A stretch of DNA of 64,000 bases from Acidobacteriota bacterium (GTDB lineage Bacteria > Acidobacteriota > UBA890 > WLXD01). The stretch lies in assembly GCA_963666215.2 (NCBI GenBank), contig CAXWPL010000005.1:672001-736000 (forward strand), given 5' to 3'. The notes below the pieces were generated by a model, which made no database searches, had not been told where the DNA came from, and saw only the letters and a program-made list of their open reading frames with translations. Shown one piece after another: positions 43,580 to 53,495 of the stretch. Position 1 is the stretch's first letter; each line of letters begins with the position of its first letter. The position numbers and the translations under genes are program-made.

Positions 43580-44860
43580 CTAGGAGCCCTCGAGCTCGAC
43601 GGCGAACGGGATCAACAGCGCGCCGCTCTCGTCGAGCCGCTGAGGGTGCTCGGTCAAGTCGAGATCGAACGGGTTGCTCAGGTTGTTGCCGGCGAGATCC
43701 TCGATAACGCGCGGAGCGCTGATCGCGAACTCGCCCACCTGCCACGGAGAGTCCGGTCGGAAGCTCCAGCTGCGCTCGTCGGGACCGAGCTCGGCTATCC
43801 CGCGGACTCGATCGCCGGCGTGGGTCTGAACACTCAAGAGGCGCAGCATCAGGGCGCTGTCGAGTCCTTCGTCGAGCTCCAGAACAACGGCGCCGAAACC
43901 TCCGGCAGCCGGTGGACGGATCCGCCATTCGGCGACGCTCGGCACCGAATAGTCCGAGTCGATCACGTCGAAGCTCTTGGTGAACCCCTCGCGCAGCGGC
44001 TCTCTGTTGGCGTCCAAGAAGTCGGCATCCACCTCGAGCCGATAGGACTGGCCTGCCCGGAGAGGCGGCCCCAGCTCGTTGTGCGGCACCAGCCCACGCT
44101 TGATGCGCCCCGGGTCGAACAGCACCGTGAGCCGCGTTTGCTCCGCGTTCCACAGCTCGGTGTCGATCTCGACGAAGGCGTCGGCCACGGCCCTGCCGGT
44201 GCTCTCGTCGACTACCCGCACGTGATCGCTCGCTTGTCCACGCCGCATCGGTGCCGAGAAGCTGACGTACATCCGCAGCAGGTTCATCGGCAGCCGCCCC
44301 GCAGTCGGGTAAATACGCACGACATGGGTGCCGCCCGCATCGGCCGAGGTTGTTGTCGAGCTGACGACGATCACTTCGTCAATCCCCAGCGCCGAGTTTT
44401 CCTGCGCCACCGGCACCGCGGCCGAGCCGCCGAGTGCGGCGAGCCGCTGGGGGTAGAACCGCACGCGATACGACATACCGGCCACCAGTGGGTAGCTCGG
44501 GGAAAAGCGAGCCTCGCTCCCGACAATCGAGTAGCGGCCCACCACGCCTGGGGCGTCAGCTTCAATGGCCGCCGCCTCGGTGTGCACCGTGAGAACCTGC
44601 GCCCACTCGCCTTGAGTCATGGAGCGCAGCCGCTCCAGCAGGTTCGGCGGAAGCCCGGCAAGGGCGACCGCCGAGCGCGAGGATCGTCTGGAGATCGCCG
44701 TCGAAGGGTCGCCGGGCGGCAGCGGTTCTTCAACGAGCACTGCGCGCACCGCACCAGGCGTGGAATCGTCCACAGGGCTATGGCCGGCGAGCCGCGCGAC
44801 AGCGATGGCGATCAACAGCAGCCCGAGTGCCAAGCCGAAGAATGTCCGACGGTCGTTCAT
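43580..44860 (-). CDS. Membrane-anchored hypothetical protein with Ig-like repeats
   Basis: N-terminal TM; IYPT..LPMNLLRMYVSFSAPM, LFDPGRIKRGL, EDLAGNNL. Confidence 0.7.
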   Translation of the reverse strand: MNDRRTFFGLALGLLLIAIAVARLAGHSPVDDSTPGAVRAVLVEEPLPPGDPSTAISRRSSRSAVALAGLPPNLLERLRSMTQGEWAQVLTVHTEAAAIEADAPGVVGRYSIVGSEARFSPSYPLVAGMSYRVRFYPQRLAALGGSAAVPVAQENSALGIDEVIVVSSTTTSADAGGTHVVRIYPTAGRLPMNLLRMYVSFSAPMRRGQASDHVRVVDESTGRAVADAFVEIDTELWNAEQTRLTVLFDPGRIKRGLVPHNELGPPLRAGQSYRLEVDADFLDANREPLREGFTKSFDVIDSDYSVPSVAEWRIRPPAAGGFGAVVLELDEGLDSALMLRLLSVQTHAGDRVRGIAELGPDERSWSFRPDSPWQVGEFAISAPRVIEDLAGNNLSNPFDLDLTEHPQRLDESGALLIPFAVELEGS

Positions 44861-45017
44861 TGTGGCGATGATGCGGCTGAGCCGTCTCGCTATCAAGGGC
44901 CGCGCGACCTCCCGATAGCGGGCCGCGCACAGCGACTTGCACGACGAATCAGGTCGCCGAGGCGCGGCGATGCCGCGAGCAAGGCCGTTTTCGAGCGGCA
45001 TCGTAGAATCCGCCAAC

Positions 45018-46043
45018 ATGTCGATACCTACGACCCCGCCTGACGCACCGGTGCTGGCGGCCGATATCGGCGGATCGAAGACACGGCTGGCGCTGTGGGC
45101 TAGCGGCGCCGAGATCGGCGACGCCGAGCCCCTCCGCCAGGCCACCGTTCGCACCGCCGAGTTCGCGAGCGCCGAAGCGTTGCTGGCCTCCTTCGTTGAC
45201 TCTCGTCCGATCTCGAGTGCCGCGATCGCCGTCGCCGGCGCCGTTACCGAGGGGGTGGCCAGGGGCTCGAACCTTCCCTGGCACGTCGACGCCGCCGAGA
45301 TCGCTGCGGCGCTGTGCTGCGCAATCAGCGTTATCAACGATCTCGAGGCGACCGCGCTGTCGCTCCTCGGCGCACGGCCGTCGTCCGTCAATTTGCAGCG
45401 AGGCCAGCGCGACCCACGCGGCGTGATCGGGATCGTGGCGCCCGGCACCGGAATTGGCGAGGCTGGCCTCGTGCGCTGCGGCGGATCGTTCATGGCCCTG
45501 CGCTCCGAGGGCGGCCACGCCGACTTCGCGCCCAATGGCGAGCTGCAGCGCGAGCTACTGGCCTACCTGGCCTCTCGCTACGGCCACGTGAGCTTGGAGC
45601 GAGCCTGCTCGGGCGTAGCGATACCGACGATCTACCGCTTCCTGAGTGAGCGAGCCGCGAACCACGGCTCCACCCCCACGAGCTTCTCCGAGACGACCGC
45701 ACTGGAAATCGCCGAAGCGACCGACCCCACGCCAACGATCGCGACGGCCGCGATGGAAGGCACCTGCGACCGCTGCGTGGAAGCGATGAATCTGTTCGTC
45801 TCGATTCTCGGCGCCGCGGCGGGCAACCTGGCGCTCCGCCTGGTCGCAACAGGCGGGGTATATCTCGCGGGCGGCATCCCACCGCGCATCCTCCCTCTAC
45901 TGCTCCAGTCTGTTTTCCTCGAGGCTTTCAACGGCAAAGGTCGATTCGAGTTCCTTGCCAGGACGATTCCCGTAGATGTACTGATGAATCCGGATGCCGC
46001 GCTTCACGGCGCCGCACGAATCGCGCTCACCCAGAGCCCCTGA
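45018..46043 (+). CDS. glk: Glucokinase
   Basis: ADIGGSKTR, INDLEA, APGTGIG, SEGGH, GGVYLAGGI. Confidence 0.9.
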   Translation: MSIPTTPPDAPVLAADIGGSKTRLALWASGAEIGDAEPLRQATVRTAEFASAEALLASFVDSRPISSAAIAVAGAVTEGVARGSNLPWHVDAAEIAAALCCAISVINDLEATALSLLGARPSSVNLQRGQRDPRGVIGIVAPGTGIGEAGLVRCGGSFMALRSEGGHADFAPNGELQRELLAYLASRYGHVSLERACSGVAIPTIYRFLSERAANHGSTPTSFSETTALEIAEATDPTPTIATAAMEGTCDRCVEAMNLFVSILGAAAGNLALRLVATGGVYLAGGIPPRILPLLLQSVFLEAFNGKGRFEFLARTIPVDVLMNPDAALHGAARIALTQSP

Positions 46044-46238
46044 CACACTCTCGGCTTCGAGAGTACGCTCGGGCGCACCAGCCGCATGCAACGCAAAACC
46101 AGCCCCTAGCATCGATTTGACAGCCCTGCGACCGTCTCGCAACATGTCGGAACTCGGCATTTCCGGTCGGCAGACTTCTGCGTCTCCGGTCCCCAGTTCG
46201 CCCGACTCAGCTCGCACGCACGACCAAGGAAAACCGTC

Positions 46239-47261
46239 ATGACGTTGGCATCCATCGCGAACCAAATCGTTGGCCCAAACAAGGGCGTTCTTGCCGCCGA
46301 CGAGAGCTCGCCGACCATCAAGAAGCGTTTCGACTCGATCAGCGTCGAGTCCAACGAGGAGAACCGGCGGAGCTACCGCGAGCTGCTGTTTACGGCTGCG
46401 GCGGCAGCTCCCTACGTCGGTGGCGTGATCCTGTTCGAAGAGACGCTCGGGCAAAAAGCGAGCGACGGACGTCCGTTCGCCGAGGTGCTTACGGCGCAGG
46501 GAGTCGTCCCCGGCATCAAAGTCGACAAGGGTGCCAAGCCTCTCGCGGGCACTGACGGCGAGACGGTGACGGAAGGGCTCGACGGACTCCGTGAGCGCCT
46601 CGAGACCTACTACGCCCAGGGAGCGCGGTTCACCAAGTGGCGCGCGGTCATCAAGATCGGCGATGGCATCCCGAGCCGCACCTGCATCGAGGCGAACGCT
46701 CATGCTCTGGCGCGCTACGCGGCGCTGAGTCAAGAGCAGGGATTCGTACCGATCGTCGAGCCCGAAGTGCTGATGAACGGCGATCACACCATCGAGCGCT
46801 GCGCGGAGGTCACCGAGACCACACTCACCGAGGTCTATCACCAGCTTCATGTTCAGCGCGTCGAGCTCGAAGGCAGTCTTCTGAAGCCGAACATGGTGGT
46901 TTCTGGCGATACGTGCCCCGAGCAAGCGGGCGCCGAGCGCGTGGCGGAGATGACGCTTCGGACCCTCAAGCGCACCGTCCCTGGCGCCGTTCCTGGAATC
47001 GTCTTCCTGTCGGGTGGTTTGTCAGAAACCAACGCCACAGCCTTCCTCAACGAGATGAACAAGAGTGCACCGCACCCGTGGGAGGTGAGCTACTCCTTCG
47101 GCCGCGCACTGCAGGCGTCGGCGCTACAGGCGTGGGGTGGTCACTCCGAGAACGTCGCGGCTGCTCAGGCCGCCTTCGCGCATCGAGCACGATGCAACGG
47201 CATGGCGCGCAGCGGCCAGTACACCGCCGCTATGGAGGAGCAGCGGATCGCTGCTGTTTGA
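46239..47261 (+). CDS. Class I fructose-bisphosphate aldolase
   Basis: KGVLAADES, GIKVDKG, FTKWR, PIVEPE, LLKPNMV, FLSGG, SFGRALQ. Confidence 0.95.
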   Translation: MTLASIANQIVGPNKGVLAADESSPTIKKRFDSISVESNEENRRSYRELLFTAAAAAPYVGGVILFEETLGQKASDGRPFAEVLTAQGVVPGIKVDKGAKPLAGTDGETVTEGLDGLRERLETYYAQGARFTKWRAVIKIGDGIPSRTCIEANAHALARYAALSQEQGFVPIVEPEVLMNGDHTIERCAEVTETTLTEVYHQLHVQRVELEGSLLKPNMVVSGDTCPEQAGAERVAEMTLRTLKRTVPGAVPGIVFLSGGLSETNATAFLNEMNKSAPHPWEVSYSFGRALQASALQAWGGHSENVAAAQAAFAHRARCNGMARSGQYTAAMEEQRIAAV

Positions 47262-47491
47262 CCCGGATCGAGCGGACTGACAGGGGGACGGGATCGGCTG
47301 AGCCCGTTGTGGCCGTCGAGCCCTTCCCTACTCGGTGTCGCCGACCCAGAGCTCCGTATCCTTGCCGGGAACTGAGGCACTTCCTCGTCGAGCGAAATGC
47401 ACTCATCGGCGGATAATGAGATACGGTTAGCTGTACTGACGCTCCGCGTCGCAACGGTGCCGCGGCGCCGCAAGGTCCAACGGACAATTCG

Positions 47492-47935
47492 ATGATCTAT
47501 ACCGACTCGGCCAAGTACGCCCTTCGCGCGGTGACGCACATCGCGGGGCACGACGATCCGCAGGCGCCAGTCTCCGCCACTGAGATCGCCGAGGCTGAGG
47601 GAATTCCTCCCTACTACATGGCCAAGGTGCTGCAGGATCTGGCTCGCGCGAAAGTGCTGAAGTCAGTACGAGGGCGAGGCGGCGGCTTTCGACTAGCACA
47701 GCCGGCGAACAAGACTCATGTGCTCGACGTGATCGCGGCGGTGGAGGACATCGGCCGCATCACCAAGGAGTGCGTCCTCGGGCTCGACGAGTGCAACGAC
47801 ACCGTCTCGTGCCCGATGCACGACACCTGGAAGCGTTTTCGTGAGTCGCTGCTCAAACGACTCGGCCGCATGACGGTGGCCGATCTGGCGAAGGAAATGA
47901 AGCGCAAGCGGCGAGGCCTGGCGGCGGCACTCTAA
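47492..47935 (+). CDS. Rrf2-family regulator with three Cys (potential Fe-S ligands)
   Basis: YALRA, KSVRGRGGGFRLA, CVLGLDECNDTVSCPMH. Confidence 0.9.
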   Translation: MIYTDSAKYALRAVTHIAGHDDPQAPVSATEIAEAEGIPPYYMAKVLQDLARAKVLKSVRGRGGGFRLAQPANKTHVLDVIAAVEDIGRITKECVLGLDECNDTVSCPMHDTWKRFRESLLKRLGRMTVADLAKEMKRKRRGLAAAL

Positions 47936-48680
47936 AGCGCGCGCTGGGACCAGGCGTGCCGCCACACACGGACTCCGTTGATCGCGCTTGCCGTCGTGGC
48001 GAGCAGCAGCAGCGCCGACGCCAACGAGACCGTCCACAGCGCCTCGAGGACCCGCCCCCCCCCCCCCCCCCCCCCGGCCAGTAGTGGTACACCGAGCGTC
48101 CAGGCAGCGAACGTCATCGCTTGCAGCCGCCGGTCTGCCATGTCGTATTGCGACAGTGGCGGAGCCTCGAACCCCGAGCCTACGTATCCCTGAATCCAGG
48201 CCACCGTCGGCAGTAGCCGCATCTGGACGCCGATGACCAGCTGACCGAGAAAGCCCAGCAGCCCGAGGACGCCGTAGACCGTCATCACACGCAGCTGGAG
48301 CTCGGAGAGCGGCACAATGACGAGGTAGATCGCGAGCACAAGACAGGCAATCAGATAGGCCACCGACTGCAGCGCGTGCAGCACGCCGAAATCTGGGCGC
48401 CGCAAGCCGCGCGGTGCTGGACGGGAGTTGTCGCGCAAGCGAAGCGTTGTTGTTGCGAGCCCGGCCAGCGTAAAGAGCACGACCGCGGTGCCGATGGGGG
48501 CGGCAGGAGGCCAGGCGACGAAGCCGACGAAAAGCAACAAGACTCCGATCTCGAGCGCCCACGCCGTGCGCGTACCGGTGCTCTCGTCGGGCATGGCGAG
48601 GATCCGTGGTTGAAGCGCCAGAACCGCGAACGCGATCGCAAGCGCGATGTGGGCAGCCGCGAAGTAGGCCGCCGGAACAC
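47932..48680 (-). pseudogene. Polytopic membrane protein remnant containing a 21-nt homopolymer
   Basis: YFAAAHIAL..YGVLGLLGFLGQLVIG..RLLP; appears internally deleted near 48595; C21 at 48055-48075. Confidence 0.5.
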
Positions 48681-48697
48681 CCCGCGGCGGCGGCGCT

Positions 48698-49821
48698 TTA
48701 CTCGGTGCGGCCGTAGCGTCGCTCCATCTCTTCTCGAATGCGCCGCATCTGCCCCTCCGCCCCGGCCTCGAACCAGGCGTGCTCGGGCCGGGCGAGGATC
48801 TCGTCGATGACGCGGTCAACCTCGAAACCGGCCGAGCCCTGAGCGGCAATCTCCCGGGCCTGCGGGATGAGCTCCATATAGAACCTCTCGGCCACCTCGA
48901 ACATGCCGTGCCAATGGGTGTAGTCCGGCGCCTATCATGGAGGCTCCATGGCGAGCGCGCCGGCCCTCGTGGTACCAGAGGAAAAACCATGTCCACTCGA
49001 TTTCCTCGCGCCATGATTGCCTCCCCGGGCTTGGCGAACTTCTCGTTGTAGAGGATAACGAGGTCGTCGTACTGGCTGTAGAAGGCGTTGACGTAGTCCG
49101 GCGTGTGGCACGTCGAACAGACCTCCTTCATGCGGGTGCGCTTGTCCTGCCAGGTATCAACGATGCGATCGCGGCGCTCCTGATCGTCGAGCGAGGTGAC
49201 GATGACGTGATCGGCATCCGTATCCATCAATCGGCTGACAGGAGGCCGGTTCGTCCACGAGATGCGCTCGTCCGGATCGTGCGTAATGCGACCTCTGTTA
49301 CACAGATTGCCGGACATGTGGCAGCTGGCGCACGTCGGCGCCGCGGAATAGTCGCGTCCGAGCACCCACTCAGTGGCGTCGAGGTTCATCTCATCCCTGA
49401 GATCGCGATAGGCCACGCCGTGCTTGGACTCCTCGTAGATTTCCTTTTGCGGGTGGTCCGGCCCGAGGTGACACTTTCCGCAGTTCTCGGGCTGGCGGGC
49501 GCGACGCGGCGAGAAATCGTGGCGACTGTGGCAGGCCGTGCACGAACCACGCGATCCGTCGAGATTGAGGCGCCCAATTCCTGTGTTCGGCCACGTTCCC
49601 GAGTCGTACAGCGGGCGCCCATCTTCGTCTCTCGAGATGCGCTCGACGACCGCGAGATCTGTGGGTAATCCGTCGTCACCTGGAGGCAGATCCGCGACGG
49701 TGATGCTGGCGCCACCGTCGGCGGCCAGTAGCGCCACCGTCGAGCCGTGACACTGCTGGCACCCAGAGAACGCGCTGGCGAAGCCGCTGACGATCTCGAC
49801 GTCCATGCCGGGTGTGGGCGA
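48698..49821 (-). pseudogene. HAO-like multiheme cytochrome c, N-truncated and frameshifted
   Basis: CQQCH, WPNTGIGRLNLDGS.GSCTACH, CGKCHLGPDHPQ.EIY.ESKHG, CASCH, CSTCH; EIEWTWF.LW.HEGRRARHGASM and DYTHWHG lie in shifted frames. Confidence 0.88.
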
Positions 49822-49890
49822 GAAAGCGAGCAGAATTCCGGTAACAATCTGGACGACGAACAGATAGGCTGGCGTGCCGCCCAGCGCGAG
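49822..49890 (-). pseudogene. Cytochrome b (PetB/QcrB-like) helix A fragment
   Basis: LGGTPAYLFVVQIVTGILLAF fused in frame to the multiheme ORF. Confidence 0.7.
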
Positions 49891-49894
49891 TCGT

Positions 49895-50129
49895 TCCCTT
49901 GTGGGGCCTCCGCGGTGCCGAGAATGTGGCCCACCCAACCCTCGAGCCCGTCGAAGTAGCCAGCGGCTTCGTCGGAGCTGGCCAGCAGCGCCTCGACATG
50001 CTGGCGCAGCTCCGCATCATCCCCGCAGCGATCGTCGAGGAAGGCGCCGCGTTCCTCCGCCGGCAGTGCCAGCACCTCGAGCAGCAACGCCTGGACTTGT
50101 CGGGCGCGTGGATGTTCCTGTAGCGACAT
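49895..50129 (-). pseudogene. N-terminal stub of an ECF-associated Ser/Thr kinase
   Basis: LALPAEERGAFLDDRCGDDAELRQHVEALL leader; no kinase domain follows. Confidence 0.7.
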
Positions 50130-50582
50130 CAGTCGTGGCTCGTCATCGGGGCTGGGAAGGCTGGTCGATTGTTTCAGGGAGAGCGCTGGGTTGCCAGTCC
50201 GCCGGAGATGGTGGCACCCGCTGGGCCGAGCTCGAAGCCGACATTTTGACTGGATCCCGATTCCAGAAGAGGAGTCGACATCGGACGCACGCTCGCCACC
50301 CTCGCGTCGCGCCTGGCGAGACCAGGCCGCGGCATCAGTGAAGGAGTCGGGATCGAGGGTCAACCAGCGGCGGGACCTGCGTCAGGGCAACCCATCACAG
50401 CTCGGTCGCTCTGTCGGCGTATCATGATCTCGGCAAATCCTCGATTGTACGTTCGGTAGCCGAACCGCTCGCGTTGAGCGGCGTGTGAGCCGCGACAGGA
50501 GCGACCCCGCCGACATGGACCCGGCAATTGACACTGGAGCTTCATCCTGCGGCACCTGCCACGAAGCTCGGGGACGACTGAC

Positions 50583-51614
50583 TTGAGCGAAGCGCCGTTC
50601 TTCAGCGTCGTCATTCCCACCTACCAGCGAGCGGCGGTCCTCGCCAGGGCGGTGGAGTCGGTTCTTGCGCAGACGTTCGATGACTTCGAGCTCATCGTCG
50701 TCGACGATGGCTCTACCGACAGCACCACCGATGTCCTCGAGCGCCTCGCGCATCCCAGGCTGCGAGCCCTTCGACGCCAGCACGCCGGCGTGTCGGCGGC
50801 CCGCAATGCCGGCGCCGACACCGCTCGCGGCAGATTTCTGGCGTTTCTCGACAGCGACGACTCCGTGAAGCCTGGCTGGCTGCAGGCACTCCACAAGGCG
50901 ATCGAGCCGGGAACAGGTTTCGTGAGTTGCGGTATCCAGCTCATCCGGATGGGCTCCGAGGTCACGAGCGAGCGAGTACTTACCCCAGAACCTCTGGGAC
51001 CCGCGTTCGCCGACATCTCGTCTCGTTTCGTAGCGGGCTCGTTCGCCGTTGAGCGCTCTCTGTTCGACGCTGTTGGCGGCTACGTGGCCGAGCTCACCTT
51101 CTCGGAGAACACCGAGCTCGTCTTGCGCCTCGCACACGCCTGTCGCGCGGCTGGCCTCGAGGCTACGGTGATCGAATCGCCTCTCGTGGTGTACAACCGC
51201 ATGGAGACCGGGCGCGATATCCAAGAACAATCCGCCAGGGTCCTGACGAGCATGGAGATCATCCTCGACCGCCATCGTGAACACCTGGGGCGCGATCGGC
51301 AGCTGCTGGGGCAATATCACGCGGTGGCGGCGGTCCAAGCTGGACGACTGCGGCGCGGCGATCGGGCACGATTTCATAGCCTGCGCTCGATTCGCGCCCA
51401 CCCGACGGTAATGCGCCACTGGGGCCGGCTAGCGCTGGTTCTGGCGGGGCCGCGGGGACGCCTCTACTGGTCGCACCAAAGCCGTCGCGCCGCGGCCGGC
51501 AGACTGGGCAGGTCCAGTCGCGTCCGTGACCACACGCACGACAGCCCGCCTCAGGCACCGAAGCAGGACTCAGCCCCCGGAGACGCTCCAGGCGAGCGAC
51601 CCAAGGTCCTTTAG
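50583..51614 (+). CDS. GT2 glycosyltransferase
   Basis: FSVVIPTYQR, VVDDGSTD, ARNAG, FLDSDD. Confidence 0.88.
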   Translation: MSEAPFFSVVIPTYQRAAVLARAVESVLAQTFDDFELIVVDDGSTDSTTDVLERLAHPRLRALRRQHAGVSAARNAGADTARGRFLAFLDSDDSVKPGWLQALHKAIEPGTGFVSCGIQLIRMGSEVTSERVLTPEPLGPAFADISSRFVAGSFAVERSLFDAVGGYVAELTFSENTELVLRLAHACRAAGLEATVIESPLVVYNRMETGRDIQEQSARVLTSMEIILDRHREHLGRDRQLLGQYHAVAAVQAGRLRRGDRARFHSLRSIRAHPTVMRHWGRLALVLAGPRGRLYWSHQSRRAAAGRLGRSSRVRDHTHDSPPQAPKQDSAPGDAPGERPKVL

Positions 51615-51641
51615 ATCCACTAGATAGAGGCGATTGTCGGT

Positions 51642-51939
51642 ATGGATGAGGCAGTCGAGTTAACACGGCTACTCAACGCCGCGCAGGCCGGCGACAACGC
51701 CGCCATGGACCAGGCTTTCGCCAACGTCTATCCGCGCTTGCAACGAATCTCTCGGGCGCGCCGGCGCGGCTGGGTGGGCGCGCCAACGCTCGACACGGCA
51801 CTGGTGCATGAGGCGTACCTGAAGCTGGCAAAAACGCGCGCCTTCCGCTTTCGAAGCCGAGGCCATTTCTTCGCGACGATCTCGAAAGCGATGAGGCACG
51901 CGCTGGTCAATTACGCAGAAGGACGCCGGGCGACCAAGC
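51642..51939 (+). pseudogene. ECF sigma factor (kinase-associated type), 3' truncated
   Basis: TLDTALVHEAYLKL..RGHFF..AMRHALVNYA..KR followed directly by an IS481 end. Confidence 0.82.
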
Positions 51940-51979
51940 GAAGTGAGCCCCGATGTGAACAACCTACTTAGAAAACACA
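51940..51979 (-). mobile_element. 40-bp IS481 left-end remnant
   Basis: Identical to 43539-43578; followed by ACTAGG. Confidence 0.9.
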
Positions 51980-52268
51980 ACTAGGGCGCTGACCTGATCG
52001 GTGATCTCGTGCAGGCCTTGGCCGCTCACATCCACCACCAAGCGTTCGAGCATGGTCGGATTCTAGCCGCTCGGCTAGCAGGTAGCTGTCGGGCTCCTAC
52101 GCCGCGACCGCCTGCCGCCACAGGAGCTGCCCGCCGAGCGGACGTCGCATTCGGCCGCTATTGGCCGTACTTGGCCGCCGCCGTCCGTGCATGACGCCGT
52201 TGCTCGCACTAGAATGCTGCCCAGTGCTCCGACATCAAGAGCCTGGGGTCCAGAGTCAGGAGAAGCTC

Positions 52269-52703
52269 ATGAGGTCCATCGTCGTTTCACTCACAGCGCT
52301 CGCCGCACTCGTGACGCTCGCCGGTATGCCAGCGGTGGCCGAAGCGTACGGTGAGAAGCGCTTCGCACCCCGACGCACGCACCGCTACGCGTACGGCGGC
52401 TACGGCTACGGATACGGTGGGTCGAGATACGGTTATGCTCGGGCATCTTCGTATGGCGCCTATCGCTATTCTCGGCCGTCAATCGGTTACTCGCGCTACT
52501 CGTACGGCAATCGCTATCCAAGCGTGCGTAGTCCTGTCTACTCGGGCCGTCCGTCGCCCTACCGCACGTACGCCTACCGCAGCTCCCTGTACGGCTCCTA
52601 TGGGTATGGCAACACGAGGTATCGGACCTACAGGACCTATGGGACCTACGGGGCGCCGCGCAGGGTTGTAAGCCCGTACTACGGCTACAGACGGCTGCGC
52701 TGA
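52269..52703 (+). CDS. Secreted Tyr/Gly/Arg/Ser-rich low-complexity protein
   Basis: RBS AGGAG; signal peptide ending AEA; about 29 Tyr in about 118 mature residues. Confidence 0.75.
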   Translation: MRSIVVSLTALAALVTLAGMPAVAEAYGEKRFAPRRTHRYAYGGYGYGYGGSRYGYARASSYGAYRYSRPSIGYSRYSYGNRYPSVRSPVYSGRPSPYRTYAYRSSLYGSYGYGNTRYRTYRTYGTYGAPRRVVSPYYGYRRLR

Positions 52704-52754
52704 GGGCGAGCTTTTCTTCGGGCAGCACGTGAGCGGTGTGCGAAGTTGGGCAAC

Positions 52755-53156
52755 GTGAATCTAGCCCTACGCGTGCTGCCAGGTCGGTTTGCGGTCTGCC
52801 GCGTGGCAGGAGGCCTGGCGACAACGTGGCCAGCGTCGCTGGCGGCGGCAAGCGCGCTTTGGTCGATCACGAAGACCGACGACGAGGTCTCGCTCGTGTG
52901 CGACTGGGCCGCGGCGCCCACGGAGGCGCGCGTGGAGGGACCGTTCGCAGCACTGCGCGTGGAAGGAACGCTCGACTTCGCCCTCGTCGGCATTCTTTCG
53001 CGCCTTTGTGGTGCGCTCGCCGAAGCGGGGGTCAGCGTCTTCGCCCTTTCGACGTTCGATACCGATTACCTGCTGGTTCGCGAAGCTCAACGCTCGAGCG
53101 CCATCGAGGCGCTACGCGGCACCGGCTGTTCCGTGGCGATACCAGCACGCCAGTAG
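52755..53156 (+). CDS. ACT-domain (CASTOR-like) protein
   Basis: SITKTDDEVSLVC..GTLDFALVGIL..SVFALSTFDTDYLLV. Confidence 0.88.
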   Translation: MNLALRVLPGRFAVCRVAGGLATTWPASLAAASALWSITKTDDEVSLVCDWAAAPTEARVEGPFAALRVEGTLDFALVGILSRLCGALAEAGVSVFALSTFDTDYLLVREAQRSSAIEALRGTGCSVAIPARQ

Positions 53157-53163
53157 GGCCCGG

Positions 53164-53436
53164 CTATCCGTCGACGTCCGCTTCGCGATCTGGCGCCTTC
53201 TGGAGCGGGTAACCCGCGTCGCGGTTGCGCTGCCGTGCGTCATCACCGCAGCGCGGACACACGGCCACCACGTCTCTCTCGGTGATCCACAGCTCGTGTT
53301 CTGCGAGCCACTCGTGTTCCCCGAAGCCCTTCTTGCAGAGTGGGCAGGGAATCCAATGCTTGCCGCGAATCCAGGAATAGGCTCGATGCAGCAGCCTCGG
53401 CCGGTAAGGCATGGCGCTCATTGGGGGAAGGCGCAC
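53164..53436 (-). CDS. Small CxxC..CxxC (Zn-finger-like) hypothetical protein
   Basis: WIPCPLCKKGFGEHEW..VAVCPRC; fills the gap between neighbouring genes. Confidence 0.5.
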   Translation of the reverse strand: MRLPPMSAMPYRPRLLHRAYSWIRGKHWIPCPLCKKGFGEHEWLAEHELWITERDVVAVCPRCGDDARQRNRDAGYPLQKAPDREADVDG

Positions 53437-53495
53437 GGGAAAACCCGAGATACACCATCCTATAGTCCAAGTGCGGCCGCCGGTACAGGCACGAG

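Noticed and set aside
46117-46145. Sigma70 promoter upstream of the aldolase gene (TTGACA-17-CAACAT)
   Set aside because: The -10 match is too weak to support a call
47932-49938. Novel 668-aa membrane-anchored multiheme protein
   Set aside because: The frame is stitched from three decayed genes; the conserved HAO C-terminus lies in other frames
50130-50580. Riboswitch or ncRNA in a long intergenic stretch (also 19780-20460)
   Set aside because: No recognisable conserved motif; probably decayed coding DNA; an Rfam search is needed
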